Assembly: GCA_021325195.1 (NCBI GenBank)
Contig: JAJPHQ010000091.1
Coordinates: 15,223 to 79,222, forward strand
Direction of reading: 5' to 3'
Length of the DNA stretch: 64,000 nt
Source: Gammaproteobacteria bacterium
Lineage (GTDB): Bacteria > Pseudomonadota > Gammaproteobacteria > Xanthomonadales > Rhodanobacteraceae
The translations under genes were made by a program, and so were the position numbers. The notes below the pieces were generated by a model. The model searched no databases, was not told where the DNA came from, and worked only from the letters and a program-made list of their open reading frames with translations. This document shows positions 9,801-17,757 of this stretch, piece by piece. The first letter of the stretch is position 1. Each line of letters starts with the position of its first letter.

Positions 9801-10306
9801 TCCTGAAGGATCCGAAGATCATGGCCAGCGACGCGGTGCTGCAGGACTCGACCGCCCTGCAGGTGCAGATCGCGAACGCGATCACCGAAACTTCGGACAT
9901 GGTCAACACCATGGAAGTGTGGCGCAAGCAGATCGAGGACCAGCTCAAGATGCACGCCTCGGGTTCCGCGGCCGCTGCACTGAAGCAGCTCGACGCGCAA
10001 ATACTGCAGGTCGAAAACCAGCTGGTCAGCCCGGAAGCCAGACTCAGCGACGACAAGCAATACTCCACGCGTTACAGGGTGTACTGGAATCTGCGCTGGC
10101 TGGGCGGCCAGGTGGGCCAAGGCGCGCAGAATGCCGCGGGCGGGTCCGATTACGAACCCACCGTGGTGCAGCGCCAGACGTTCGCGACGCTGCAAAAGCA
10201 AATCGCGCAAGCCCGGGCCGGATTTGAAAACCTCGAGTCGAACGTGTTGCCTGCTTTCAACAGCGCCATGAAGGGTGCCGGGGTGGCGATCCATCCGGGT
10301 GGCTGA
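6851..10306 (+). CDS. Secreted BNR/Asp-box repeat protein, sortilin/Vps10-like (GH74-like) propeller protein
   Basis: 1151-aa ORF with a signal peptide (…LSALAVSVVHAQD). It carries at least 9 S/TxDxGxxW/F Asp-boxes (STDGGHTF, STDAGKTW, TTDGGKSW, SHDNGRTW, SDDGGASW, SSDGGKTF, TQDAGHSW, TTDYGKTW, TLDNGRHW). Confidence 0.8.
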   Translation: MTMKIWGVAKVLGCGLCLSALAVSVVHAQDARSPHSPQKTTTPPALQFHYMGPPAGGRVASVAGVPGDDSTYYLGAASGGLWKSTDGGHTFLPIFDDQDTAAIGAIAVAPSDSNTVWVGTGEPWFIRPSDIWGDGVYKSTDAGKTWQHVGLVDTGRIARIAINPKNPDNVLVCAEGRGNSPQQERGVFRTTDGGKSWTRTLFVNEHTGCSGLSIDPGNPDTVLAGMWQVTGRTWAEDSGGPGSGVYISHDNGRTWQHLGNGRPTPPLGKIDVTIALSSPQRMYALIQTRDQGSVWRSDDGGASWKVVSHDRNLIMRAGYYIFIEANPKDPNGVLVLNSGPHYSSDGGKTFSGEGGKNVKPLGPASCGDCHDAWIDPTNPAHYVLTDDGGAQIATGAGTALTVALPIGQIYHVASDNQVPYWIYGNRQDDGAWRLSSDMSQPSGNGLLPKDEFMPEGHGFRRFFDEDEDGSEGKQKIDKALLAKYPKAAPPPKGWALGPDDTVKTPPDRSGFEGPNEALPTYQYFPNACESGFTIPSPDDPDIVWSSCYANNLYRFDLTQGTPHSVSPSHIALDSPPNETRYRCHWTSPLAIDPFDPKNVYFGCQMVLRTQDAGHSWIEFSPDLSTRDPSRIVPSGGLMQDNLGQYYGEVVWSMAFSPIQKGLLWAGTNDGKLWYTTSAESQQAPQWIDVTQNLHLPPWGEINQIAPSHFHPGTVYIAVDFRWAGQNDVRPYVLMTTDYGKTWKNISGDLPSGNPLDYVLSVAENPNREGMLFAGTGHAFYYTLDNGRHWIHFNKGLPPSPVSWINVEPRMHDVDVSTYGRGDYILPDIVTLEQTGSTEQPHSGRTRLFKPGPVFRQARGAYPTAGQPARPQFQFYLASVPKNPVQLQILDDQGKVIRTEKLDAHQGLNGAYWDLFYDMPTDVKLRTTPPENPYIWDEPRYKGKDFRTIIHWGIDAHTGTPIAAPGDYQVRLTLDGKSYTQPFQVLKDPKIMASDAVLQDSTALQVQIANAITETSDMVNTMEVWRKQIEDQLKMHASGSAAAALKQLDAQILQVENQLVSPEARLSDDKQYSTRYRVYWNLRWLGGQVGQGAQNAAGGSDYEPTVVQRQTFATLQKQIAQARAGFENLESNVLPAFNSAMKGAGVAIHPGG

Positions 10307-10369
10307 ACCGCCCGAATGCCTTCAACCTTCCTGTCGCGGATCAGACCTGCTGGCATCGGCTCGTGTACT

Positions 10370-10398
10370 TTGCAGAAACTGCATCCATGGAGTAAGAT
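10370..10398 (+). promoter_or_regulatory. Putative sigma70 promoter of the Xre antitoxin gene
   Basis: TTGCAG (10370-10375), a 17-nt spacer, then TAAGAT (10393-10398). It lies 31 nt upstream of the GTG start, and AGGAA sits about 9 nt before that start. Confidence 0.45.
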
Positions 10399-10428
10399 AG
10401 CCGTAAACTACATACAGGAACTCAAGCC

Positions 10429-10842
10429 GTGTCTCCCGCCTCGCACAAGGTCGCCGAAGCATCGCCGCGTTACCAGGCGCAAGCGGACACGCTGAGTGGC
10501 CCCGGCCTGCGCGCATTCTTCAACCTCGCCGAACGCTGGAACCTGCGCGTGGCCGAGCAGCGCAGGCTGCTGGGCGATCCGCCGGAATCGACGTTCTACA
10601 AATGGAAGCGCGAACGTGACGGCACGCTGGGCCGCGACACGCTGGAACGGATCAGCTATCTGCTCGGCATCTTCAAGGCGCTGACGATCCTGTTCCCCGA
10701 TCCCGTGCGTGCGGATGCGTGGCTGCGCAAACCCAATGCCGCGCCGACCTTCGGAGGCAAGAGCGCGCTGGAACGCATGCTCTCCGGCAACGTTGCCGAC
10801 CTGTTCGTGGTGCGGCAGTATCTGGATGCGCAGCGGGGGTGA
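10429..10842 (+). CDS. Xre-family/DUF2384 antitoxin of a RES-Xre type II TA pair (MbcA/ParS-like)
   Basis: 137-aa ORF with a GTG start. The pattern …AEQRRLLG…STFYKWKR…LERISYLLGIFKAL…WLRKPN…FGGKSALERM… is typical of DUF2384 antitoxins, and a RES gene lies downstream. Confidence 0.8.
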   Translation: MSPASHKVAEASPRYQAQADTLSGPGLRAFFNLAERWNLRVAEQRRLLGDPPESTFYKWKRERDGTLGRDTLERISYLLGIFKALTILFPDPVRADAWLRKPNAAPTFGGKSALERMLSGNVADLFVVRQYLDAQRG

Positions 10843-10854
10843 GCCGGTGCGCTT

Positions 10855-11040
10855 AGCCGATGCCTTGAATGGCATCGGCTACATCGGCGAACGCACGGCC
10901 ACGGAGCTCTTCGCCATGGATGGCGGCTCTCGGGGCCGGGCCGGCGCCCAGCACCATGGATGGTTGCTTGCGTGCTCTTGTTCTCTCATTCCGGGTTCCA
11001 TCGCCGATCAATCCGGCGATGGCCCCGGAATGACGGCAAG
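10855..11040. repeat. REP-like hairpin elements filling the antitoxin-toxin spacer
   Basis: There is a perfect 10-bp stem AGCCGATGCC/GGCATCGGCT (10855-10880). The GCCATGGATGGC module recurs elsewhere in the window. A long imperfect hairpin CATTCCGGG..CCCGGAATG (about 10986-11033) shares termini with the 26821/34184 element. Confidence 0.7.
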
Positions 11041-11096
11041 GAATCAGCGCGGCTGCAGTCGCGCACTGAAGGAAACAAGCCGCTCAAACTTTCGCG

Positions 11097-11819
11097 ATGC
11101 CGTCAAACACCCCGCCCCTCCACCGCATCCGCTGGCAGCGCGCGTACCGGATCGTGCCCAGCCGCTTTCCGCCGGTGGGCGTGTTCGACGCGATCGCCGA
11201 TCCGAAAGATCTGGACGCGCTGTACCGAATCGAATCGCTGACCAATCCGCGCCTGCGCGAGGAATGGGGCGAACTCGCCAACGTGCCGAAGGAGCGCCGC
11301 GTCAGCGGGCCGGGCACGACGCCGCTGATGGCCGCGTTCACGCACTTGAACCCCGAAGGCAGCCGGTTTTCCGACGGCAGCTACGGCGTGCTGTATCTGT
11401 CGCACGAATTCGAAACCGCGGTGGAGGAAACCGTCTATCACCGCGAGCAATTCCTTGCCGCGACGAAAGAACCGCCGATCGATTTGACGATGCGGAGTTA
11501 CGTAAGCGGCGTGCACGGCACGCTGCACGACATCCGCGGCGGCTGGAAAGCGGAGCACGATCCGAAAAGCTACACGGCATCGCGCAAGCTCGGCGCGCGG
11601 CTGCGCAAGGAAGGTTCCAACGGCATCGTGTACGACAGCGTGCGCCGCAAGGGTGGCGAATGCGCCGCGCTGTTCTACCCCGACCTGGCAAAGCCCTGCG
11701 TGCAGGGCAAGCACCTGATCTACCGCTGGGACGGCGAGAAGATCGCCCAGGTGCTGGAGGTCAGCGCCGTAAAGCGCTCGAAACCATCTTCTACATCATC
11801 ATTCCGGGGCCGCGCGTAG
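11097..11819 (+). CDS. RES-domain toxin (NAD+-targeting MbcT/ParT-like family)
   Basis: 240-aa ORF. It begins …YRIVPSRFPPVGVFD…, a typical RES N-terminus. R/E/S signature regions are GSRFSDGSYGVLYLS, EFETAVEE and IVYDSVR. The last ~20 codons read into a repeat (CATTCCGGGG at ~11800), so the exact C-terminus is uncertain. Confidence 0.8.
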   Translation: MPSNTPPLHRIRWQRAYRIVPSRFPPVGVFDAIADPKDLDALYRIESLTNPRLREEWGELANVPKERRVSGPGTTPLMAAFTHLNPEGSRFSDGSYGVLYLSHEFETAVEETVYHREQFLAATKEPPIDLTMRSYVSGVHGTLHDIRGGWKAEHDPKSYTASRKLGARLRKEGSNGIVYDSVRRKGGECAALFYPDLAKPCVQGKHLIYRWDGEKIAQVLEVSAVKRSKPSSTSSFRGRA

Positions 11820-11864
11820 CGCGGAGCTCTTGGCCACGGAGGCATCTCGTCGCGCGCAGGCGTG

Positions 11865-12370
11865 CTATTTCTTCAGCGCGTTCGAAAGCGCCACGCGCCA
11901 CTCCTCGGTGAAGCGCGTGTAATGCGCGTCGGAGAGGAATTCACGGACGAAATCGTCGCCTTCCTGGGTCAGGCCGGTGAGCGTGTACCGCACGGTGACC
12001 AGCGCGCCGCCGGAAGAATCGCTGCACGCCACATCCACCAGACCGATGTTGGAGTCCTGTGCGAGACGCGCGTAGGAAACCTTGTGCAGATCCGGCCGGT
12101 AGTCGGCGACGATCCACACCGTCTCGCGCCCGTCCAGATGCCCCGTCGTGCGAAACACCGAGCCGCGTTCGGTGGCTCACTCAGCATCTCCGGGTTCCAG
12201 CCGGGCGCCCATGCCTTTTCACCCTCCGCGGTGAAAAACGGAAATACGCGGGCGCAGGAGGCGTCGAGACGGAAGTGGCGGCTGTTGGAAAGAGGCGCGT
12301 GGGCCATGGATGCTCCACTCCAGACGAGCAGGGCGGAGAACGCCAGAACCATCCCGCTCGTCCGTGTCAT
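11865..12370 (-). pseudogene. SRPBCC-family (polyketide cyclase/AHSA1-like) gene interrupted by a frameshift
   Basis: The N-terminal part (frame of ORF 11969..12607, from the ATG at 12370) reads MTRTSGMVLAFSALLVWSGASMAHAPL…FTAEGEKAWAPGWNPEMLS. The C-terminal part is ORF 11865..12158: …VFRTTGHLDGRETVWIVADY…TEEWRVALSNALKK. The frames switch near 12160-12185, with a TGA in the second frame just upstream. Confidence 0.6.
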
Positions 12371-12434
12371 TGAATACATGGGTACGAATGTACCAAATCG
12401 AAAATCGCTATGCAAGCGCGTTATCCTGAAGGCC

Positions 12435-12713
12435 ATGGCCAGGCCGAAATCCGAGCACCGCTCCGCCGCGCCCGTGATCGAACGGGTGCAGACCGGCGTG
12501 CGCCTGGAGAAGCGCCTGCTCAAGGTGCTCAAGGGCCTTGCCGAGTCTCTGGACCTGTCCCTGGGCGACCTGCTGGAGGGGATCGCGTTGCACGCGCTGG
12601 AGAACAAGCCGCCGTTCTCGGCGGCGACGTTGAAGAAGATCGCCGATTTGAAACGGGTTTACGGCCTGGACCTCGCGGCCGGAGACAGCCATCGATTGCG
12701 CGAGAAGTCATGA
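12435..12713 (+). CDS. Hypothetical small protein (92 aa)
   Basis: This is the 3' part of ORF 11862..12713, from MARPKSEHRS. GC3-rich codon usage. No family recognised. Confidence 0.45.
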   Translation: MARPKSEHRSAAPVIERVQTGVRLEKRLLKVLKGLAESLDLSLGDLLEGIALHALENKPPFSAATLKKIADLKRVYGLDLAAGDSHRLREKS

Positions 12714-12755
12714 GCCGCGCAGCTCAACCCGCCGCGGCTGGACTCGGTCTCACAC

Positions 12756-13649
12756 TCACACATCCTCCCCGCCCTTCACCCACCCTTCTCCCGTTCCGCG
12801 ATGGATCACGCGGTCGCCGGGCTGGATCTCGCCGGCGGGTAATGAATCCAGTTTGGCAAGGCGCTCGTAGATCGGACGGAAGTCGGGGCGGGTGGCCTCG
12901 AACAACTGCTCGAAGCTGTCGATCACGAAATAGGTCTGCTGGTAGGTGTCGATCTTGTAGCGCGTGCGCATGATCCGCTCGAGGTCGAAGCCGATGCGGT
13001 TGGGGGCGTCCGACTCGAGGCAGTACACCGATTCGCCCTTGGAACTGACGATGCCGGAGCCGTAGATGCGCAGGCCTTCGGGCGTGTCGATCAGGCCGAA
13101 TTCCACCGTGTACCAATACAACCGCGTCAGGTTCATCAGCGCATCCGCGCCGATGCCATGCGCCTTGACGCCGCCGCGTCCGTAGGCCTGCATGTAGTCG
13201 GCGAACACGGGATTCAGCAGCAGCGGCACGTGGCCGAACAGGTCGTGGAACAGGTCGGGCTCGGAGATGTAATCGAGCTGCTCGGGCTTGCGGATCCACC
13301 AGGTCACCGGAAAGCGGCGGTTGGCGAGGTGATCGAAGAACACCTGATCCGGCAGCAGGCCTTCCACGCCCACGATTTCCCAGCCGGTGCCGTTCTTCAG
13401 CACGGCGTTCAGGTCATCGAACTTCGGGATCGCGTCCGCGCTCATGCCGAAGCGTTCCTGGTTTTCCAGGAATTCGCGGCAGGCGCGATTTTTCAGGATC
13501 TCGCGCTGGCGGCGGAACAGCGTGGCCCACACTTCGTGGTCGGTACGCGTGTAATCCGCCCACGGCTGCTCGACCGTCGCGGTGGTGTAGACCGGGATGT
13601 AGCCCCGGTCGGTCTGCTGGTGCTGGACACGACGCGGCGTGGTGTTCAT
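12756..13649 (-). CDS. phhA: Phenylalanine 4-hydroxylase
   Basis: 297-aa ORF with aromatic amino acid hydroxylase core motifs (PDLFHDLFGHVPLL, YWYTVEFGL, GSGIVSS). Confidence 0.9.
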   Translation of the reverse strand: MNTTPRRVQHQQTDRGYIPVYTTATVEQPWADYTRTDHEVWATLFRRQREILKNRACREFLENQERFGMSADAIPKFDDLNAVLKNGTGWEIVGVEGLLPDQVFFDHLANRRFPVTWWIRKPEQLDYISEPDLFHDLFGHVPLLLNPVFADYMQAYGRGGVKAHGIGADALMNLTRLYWYTVEFGLIDTPEGLRIYGSGIVSSKGESVYCLESDAPNRIGFDLERIMRTRYKIDTYQQTYFVIDSFEQLFEATRPDFRPIYERLAKLDSLPAGEIQPGDRVIHRGTGEGWVKGGEDV

Positions 13650-13750
13650 GGCGATCGCTCAGGGAATCTGCGTGGGTCAAGTGTAAGCCCGGCGCGTCCG
13701 CTCCGGCGCGAGCAGCAGCCAAAAGCTTCGCTTTTCGTTAAAGTGGACGG

Positions 13751-14539
13751 GTGAACGAAGCGGTCGATGTCCCCCTGAAACCTTTCCGCAACCTGCTGGC
13801 TCCGCTGCGCTGCGCGTGGCGGCTGCTGCTGCTGCTGCTGGCCGTGTTCGGCGGCTCGTTGCTGGCGATCTTCCTGCTGCCGCGCGGGCCCAGGCCCGGC
13901 ACGCTGGGCGATGCGCTGCTGCGCAACTGGTCGAAGCTGTTCCTGCGGCTGTTCGGCGTGCGCGTGCGCGCGTTCGGCACGCCGCTGCACGATCCGGTGA
14001 TGTTCGTCGCCAACCACGGCTCGTGGCTGGACATCACCGTGCTGCATACCCAGCGCGCGGCGGGATTCGTGGCCAAGGCGGAAATCAGTCGCTGGCCGCT
14101 GATCGGATGGATGGCGCGCCGGGGCGGCACGATCTTCCATCAGCGCGGCAGCATGCATTCGCTCGGCACGGTGATGACGGCCATGACGGAGCGCCTGCGC
14201 GAAGGCCGCAGCATCGCCGCGTTTCCGGAGGGCGGCACCGCGCCGGCCGGTACGCTGAAGGTGTTCCACGCGCGCATCTTCCAGGCCGCGCTGGACGCGG
14301 GCGCGCCGGTGCAGCCGGTGGCGCTGCGTTACCTGCGCAACGGGATGCCGTGGACCGGCGCCGCGTTCAGGAGCGGGGAAAATTTCCTGCACAACGTGTT
14401 CCGGGTCATGGCCGTGCCGGCCCTGACCGCCGAAGTGCATTTCCTGGAACCGGTGGCGTTCGATCCCGTGGGCGGCCGCCGCAAGATGGCCGACACCGCG
14501 CGGGCACGGATCGCGCGGACGCTGGGCTACGACGCATGA
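13751..14539 (+). CDS. 1-acyl-sn-glycerol-3-phosphate (lysophospholipid) acyltransferase, PlsC family
   Basis: GTG start. Has the HX4D motif NHGSWLD, the FPEGG motif and an N-terminal TM segment. Confidence 0.8.
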   Translation: MNEAVDVPLKPFRNLLAPLRCAWRLLLLLLAVFGGSLLAIFLLPRGPRPGTLGDALLRNWSKLFLRLFGVRVRAFGTPLHDPVMFVANHGSWLDITVLHTQRAAGFVAKAEISRWPLIGWMARRGGTIFHQRGSMHSLGTVMTAMTERLREGRSIAAFPEGGTAPAGTLKVFHARIFQAALDAGAPVQPVALRYLRNGMPWTGAAFRSGENFLHNVFRVMAVPALTAEVHFLEPVAFDPVGGRRKMADTARARIARTLGYDA

Positions 14540-15534
14540 CCCCAGCCGAGGTGGCGGCATTCCGGCCCGCGGGACTGCTGCGCAATCCACACCTGCAATC
14601 GATGCTGGCGTCGACCCGTCTGCGCCTGCTGCTGCGGCCGCAGCCCGCGAGGATGCTCGAGCGTGGCGCGCACCGGATCACGCTGGATTGCGGTGATGGC
14701 GTGCGACTGACCGGCTGCCATACCGCGCAGGCGCGGTTCGAAATGTCGCGCGGCCTCGCGATCCTGTTTCACGGCTGGGAAGGCAGCACGCGCTCGACCT
14801 ATCTGCTGCAGACCGGCGGAAGGCTGCTCGAAGAGGGCTGGGACGTGTTCCGGCTCAACTTCCGCGATCACGGCGACACGCACCATCTCAATCCCGGCAT
14901 CTTCCATTCCTGCCGGATCGGGGAAGTGGTCGGAGCGGTGCGCGAGATCGCGCGGCTGTATCCGCAGCGGCCGCTGGCCCTGATCGGCTTCTCGCTGGGC
15001 GGCAACTTCGCGCTGCGGGTAGCGCTGCACGCGCCCGAGGCGGGCATCGAGCTCGCACGCACGATCGCGGTGTGCCCGGTGATCGACCCGCACGGCGGCC
15101 TGTTCGCGATCGAGAAGGCGCCGCGGATGTACCACGATTACTTCATGTGGAAGTGGCGCCGCTCGCTGACGCGCAAGCAGCGCTTGTTCGCCGGGTCCGA
15201 ACTGTTCACGCGCCGGGAATTGCACGGCACCCTGCGTTCCCTGACCGAGGCGCTGGTGCTGCGGCACACCGATTTCGGCAGCCTCGACCGTTATCTGGAC
15301 GGCTACTCGGTGGCGGGCGAACGGCTGTCGCGGCTCACCGTGCCGACCTCGATCCTGACCTCGCGCGACGATCCGGTGTGTCCCGCCTCGGACTACGACG
15401 GCTTGGACCTGCCGCCCTGCGTGGAACTCACCATCACCGAACACGGCGGCCACTGCGGGTTCATCCGCGACTGGAGCTTGCGCAGTTATGCCGAGGATTA
15501 CATCGCCGCGCGTCTGCTGCGGCTGGCATCGTAG
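14536..15534 (+). CDS. Alpha/beta hydrolase, YheT/ABHD-like
   Basis: This is the 3' part of ORF 13816..15534, from MTPAEVAAF (ATGA overlap with the plsC-like stop). Has LFHGWEGS and the nucleophile elbow GFSLGGN. Confidence 0.75.
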   Translation: MTPAEVAAFRPAGLLRNPHLQSMLASTRLRLLLRPQPARMLERGAHRITLDCGDGVRLTGCHTAQARFEMSRGLAILFHGWEGSTRSTYLLQTGGRLLEEGWDVFRLNFRDHGDTHHLNPGIFHSCRIGEVVGAVREIARLYPQRPLALIGFSLGGNFALRVALHAPEAGIELARTIAVCPVIDPHGGLFAIEKAPRMYHDYFMWKWRRSLTRKQRLFAGSELFTRRELHGTLRSLTEALVLRHTDFGSLDRYLDGYSVAGERLSRLTVPTSILTSRDDPVCPASDYDGLDLPPCVELTITEHGGHCGFIRDWSLRSYAEDYIAARLLRLAS

Positions 15535-15663
15535 CCGGGCTGGCGCTCGGGCATAATCCGCGTCTCGCCGAAGTCGACAGCGCGCCATGTCCATTCCCGA
15601 TTCATCCGCAACGCAACGCGCTGCGGCCTGGCTCGACGGTCTCGCCACCGGGGGAGCGGCTCG

Positions 15664-17757
15664 ATGCTCGACGACCTGATCCAGTTGCAGCGCAGCGGCC
15701 GGCTGGAGGAAGCCGAGCACGGTTATCGCGAACTGCTGCGCGAACGCCCGGACGATCCCGAACTGCTGCACCTGCTGGGCATCCTGCGCGGACAGCGCGG
15801 CGATCTGTCCGAGGCGCTCGCGCTGGTCACGCGCGCGGGCGAGCTCGATCCCTACAACGCGACCTGCCAGTACACGCTGGGTGAAATGTATTTGCATGAC
15901 GGTCAGCTCGAGCGCGCGCGCGAGGCCTACCGGAAGGCGCGCGAACTCAACCCCAACCTGTCCGCCGCGCACAGCGGGCTCGGGCAGGTGGCGCTGCTGC
16001 AGGGCGACCTGGCCGCCGCGGAGGAACATTTCAGGGTCGCGCTGCGCGCCGACGAGAACGACGCCGAGGCGCTGGCCGGCCTGGGCAACGTGCATCTCGC
16101 GCACGGCGATCCGCAGATGGCGCTGCGGATGCTGACCCGCGCGCTGGAGCTCGATCCCGACAACGCGCTGGTGCAGACGAGCTACGGTCAGGCCATGCTG
16201 GACCAGGGCATGACCGACTTCGCCGCGCGCGCGCTGGACAACGCGCTGGCCCTGAAACCCGATTTCCCGCTGGCGCAACTGCTGCGCGCGCAAGTGCAGT
16301 TCCAGAAGGGCGAGGTCGATGCGGCACGCGCCGGTTACGAAAGACTGCTGCTGCGCGGCGAGCAGATGCCGGGCGCCTGCGTGGGGCTGGGCGACATCGC
16401 GCGCGCCCAGAATCGCCACGACGAAGCGATCGCCCGTTACGACGAAGCCCTGCGCCAGGCACCGTCGCTGCATGTGGCGGCGATCCGGCGTGCGGATTCG
16501 CTGGCCCGCAGCGGCCGCGCCGACCGGGCCATCGAGGATCTGCGCGCGCACATCGCGCGCCATCCCGACAGCGCGAATGCCCACATCGCCCTCGCGCATC
16601 TGTTGTCGCAACGGCAGCGCCACGACGAGGCCCTGGCGGTGTGGCGCGAAGCCGAAGCGCGCTGGCCCGACAACATCGACCTGAAGGCGCAGCACGCGCT
16701 GGCGCTGGACCGCGCCGGACGGCCCGGGGAAGCCGTCGCGCACGCGGAACTCGCCGCTGCCTCGCCGCGCCCCGCGCTGGCGCTGCTGCGCGCGCGCGGT
16801 GCGCTGCTGGCGGGCGATCCGGCCGCGGCGGTGCAACGGCTGCTGCGGATCGACGAGGCGCAATTGCAGAACCTGCCGCGCCTCGCGCGCCGCCGTCAGC
16901 GTCTGCTGGGCCTGGCCTGCGACGCGCTGGAGCAATGGCAGGACGCGGTGCGCGCGTTCGAGGCCGCGCAGCGCCTGTCGTCCGGCACGCTGCCGGAATT
17001 GCCCGTCCTGAACGGCGCCCTGCAGCAAAGGCTGCGGGACCTGGCGAAGGCGCCCGCGCTGTCCGAACCACGCGCGACGGCGCCGGTGTTCCTGTGCGGC
17101 CTGCCGGGTTCGGGCGTGGGGCAGGTCGCCGCCCTGCTGGCCGATCAGCCGGGCTGGGTGGTGCGCCGCGACCGTTTTACGGAGCCGTCCGATTTCCTGT
17201 CCGCCCCCTTCGACCCGCGCCTCGAGCAGCCGCTGGACCAGGCCGAGCTGTCCCTGCTGGCACGCCGTTATCGCAAGCCCCTGCAGCGCGCCGGCGTCGC
17301 CGACGACGTGCCGGTGATCGACTGGTTGCCGGTGCTGGACGCGCGGATGGCGCCGGCGATCGGGCGTGCCTTGCCGGGTGCGCGCCTGATCGTGGCGCGG
17401 CGCGACCTGCGCGACACCCTGCTCGACTGGCTGGGCCACGGCTGGGCCGAGGCGCTGGCGATGCCCGATGCCGTGGCGGGCGCGCATTGGCTGCGGCTGG
17501 CCGATGCGCATTTGAGGTTCGCGGCGGAACTGCTGACCGCCTGCGTGGTGGATGCCGATGCGTTGCTGGGGGGGGAAGGCGCGGAATCGCAGAAGCTGGC
17601 CGGATTTCTGGGTGTCGCGGGCTTGCCGTCCGGTCCGGCGGCGCGGGCCGCGGCGTCCGGGCGCGGCGGCCTGCCCACCACCTTTCCGGCGGGGCACGCC
17701 GCGCATTACCACGACGCCCTGTCCGAGGCGTTCGCGGTGCTGGAAGACGTGGCCTGA
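15664..17757 (+). CDS. TPR-repeat protein fused to a sulfotransferase-like domain
   Basis: 697-aa ORF with about 10 TPR-like repeats in the N-terminal 450 aa. The C-terminal domain has a PAPS-binding-like 5'-PSB motif (PVFLCGLPGSGVGQV) and an RDxRD-like motif (VARRDLRDTLLDW). Confidence 0.7.
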   Translation: MLDDLIQLQRSGRLEEAEHGYRELLRERPDDPELLHLLGILRGQRGDLSEALALVTRAGELDPYNATCQYTLGEMYLHDGQLERAREAYRKARELNPNLSAAHSGLGQVALLQGDLAAAEEHFRVALRADENDAEALAGLGNVHLAHGDPQMALRMLTRALELDPDNALVQTSYGQAMLDQGMTDFAARALDNALALKPDFPLAQLLRAQVQFQKGEVDAARAGYERLLLRGEQMPGACVGLGDIARAQNRHDEAIARYDEALRQAPSLHVAAIRRADSLARSGRADRAIEDLRAHIARHPDSANAHIALAHLLSQRQRHDEALAVWREAEARWPDNIDLKAQHALALDRAGRPGEAVAHAELAAASPRPALALLRARGALLAGDPAAAVQRLLRIDEAQLQNLPRLARRRQRLLGLACDALEQWQDAVRAFEAAQRLSSGTLPELPVLNGALQQRLRDLAKAPALSEPRATAPVFLCGLPGSGVGQVAALLADQPGWVVRRDRFTEPSDFLSAPFDPRLEQPLDQAELSLLARRYRKPLQRAGVADDVPVIDWLPVLDARMAPAIGRALPGARLIVARRDLRDTLLDWLGHGWAEALAMPDAVAGAHWLRLADAHLRFAAELLTACVVDADALLGGEGAESQKLAGFLGVAGLPSGPAARAAASGRGGLPTTFPAGHAAHYHDALSEAFAVLEDVA

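Noticed and set aside
6947-10294. A 1115-aa minus-strand ORF lies antisense to the Asp-box protein gene. Similar long antisense ORFs occur at 14527-17895, 30203-34063, 36407-38827, 36814-39075, 49116-51032 and 59978-61582.
   Set aside because: These are typical shadow ORFs of a high-GC genome. They are Arg/Ala/Gly/Pro/His-rich and low in complexity, carry no recognisable motifs, and each is fully overlapped by a motif-rich gene on the other strand.
12713-12739. Bidirectional terminator between the 92-aa ORF and phhA (AGCCGCG…CGCGGCT).
   Set aside because: The stem is only 7 bp with a 13-nt loop and no U-tract on either strand, which is too weak to call.
13650-13750. Sigma54 promoter upstream of phhA, as known for Pseudomonas phhA (TGGCTGCTGCTCGC on the gene strand).
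   Set aside because: The spacing is 9 nt and there is no TTGC -12 element. No PhhR-like activator gene is adjacent.
13823-13840. (CTG)6 microsatellite.
   Set aside because: It lies in frame inside the plsC-like gene and encodes the Leu run of the N-terminal membrane segment (RLLLLLLAV). It is probably just codon bias.
15587-15679. A 30-codon ORF (MSIPDSSATQRAAAWLDGL…) upstream of the TPR-sulfotransferase, as a leader peptide or as evidence of a frameshifted N-terminus.
   Set aside because: It is out of frame with the main ORF, very short, and has no supporting motif. This cannot be decided from the sequence alone.
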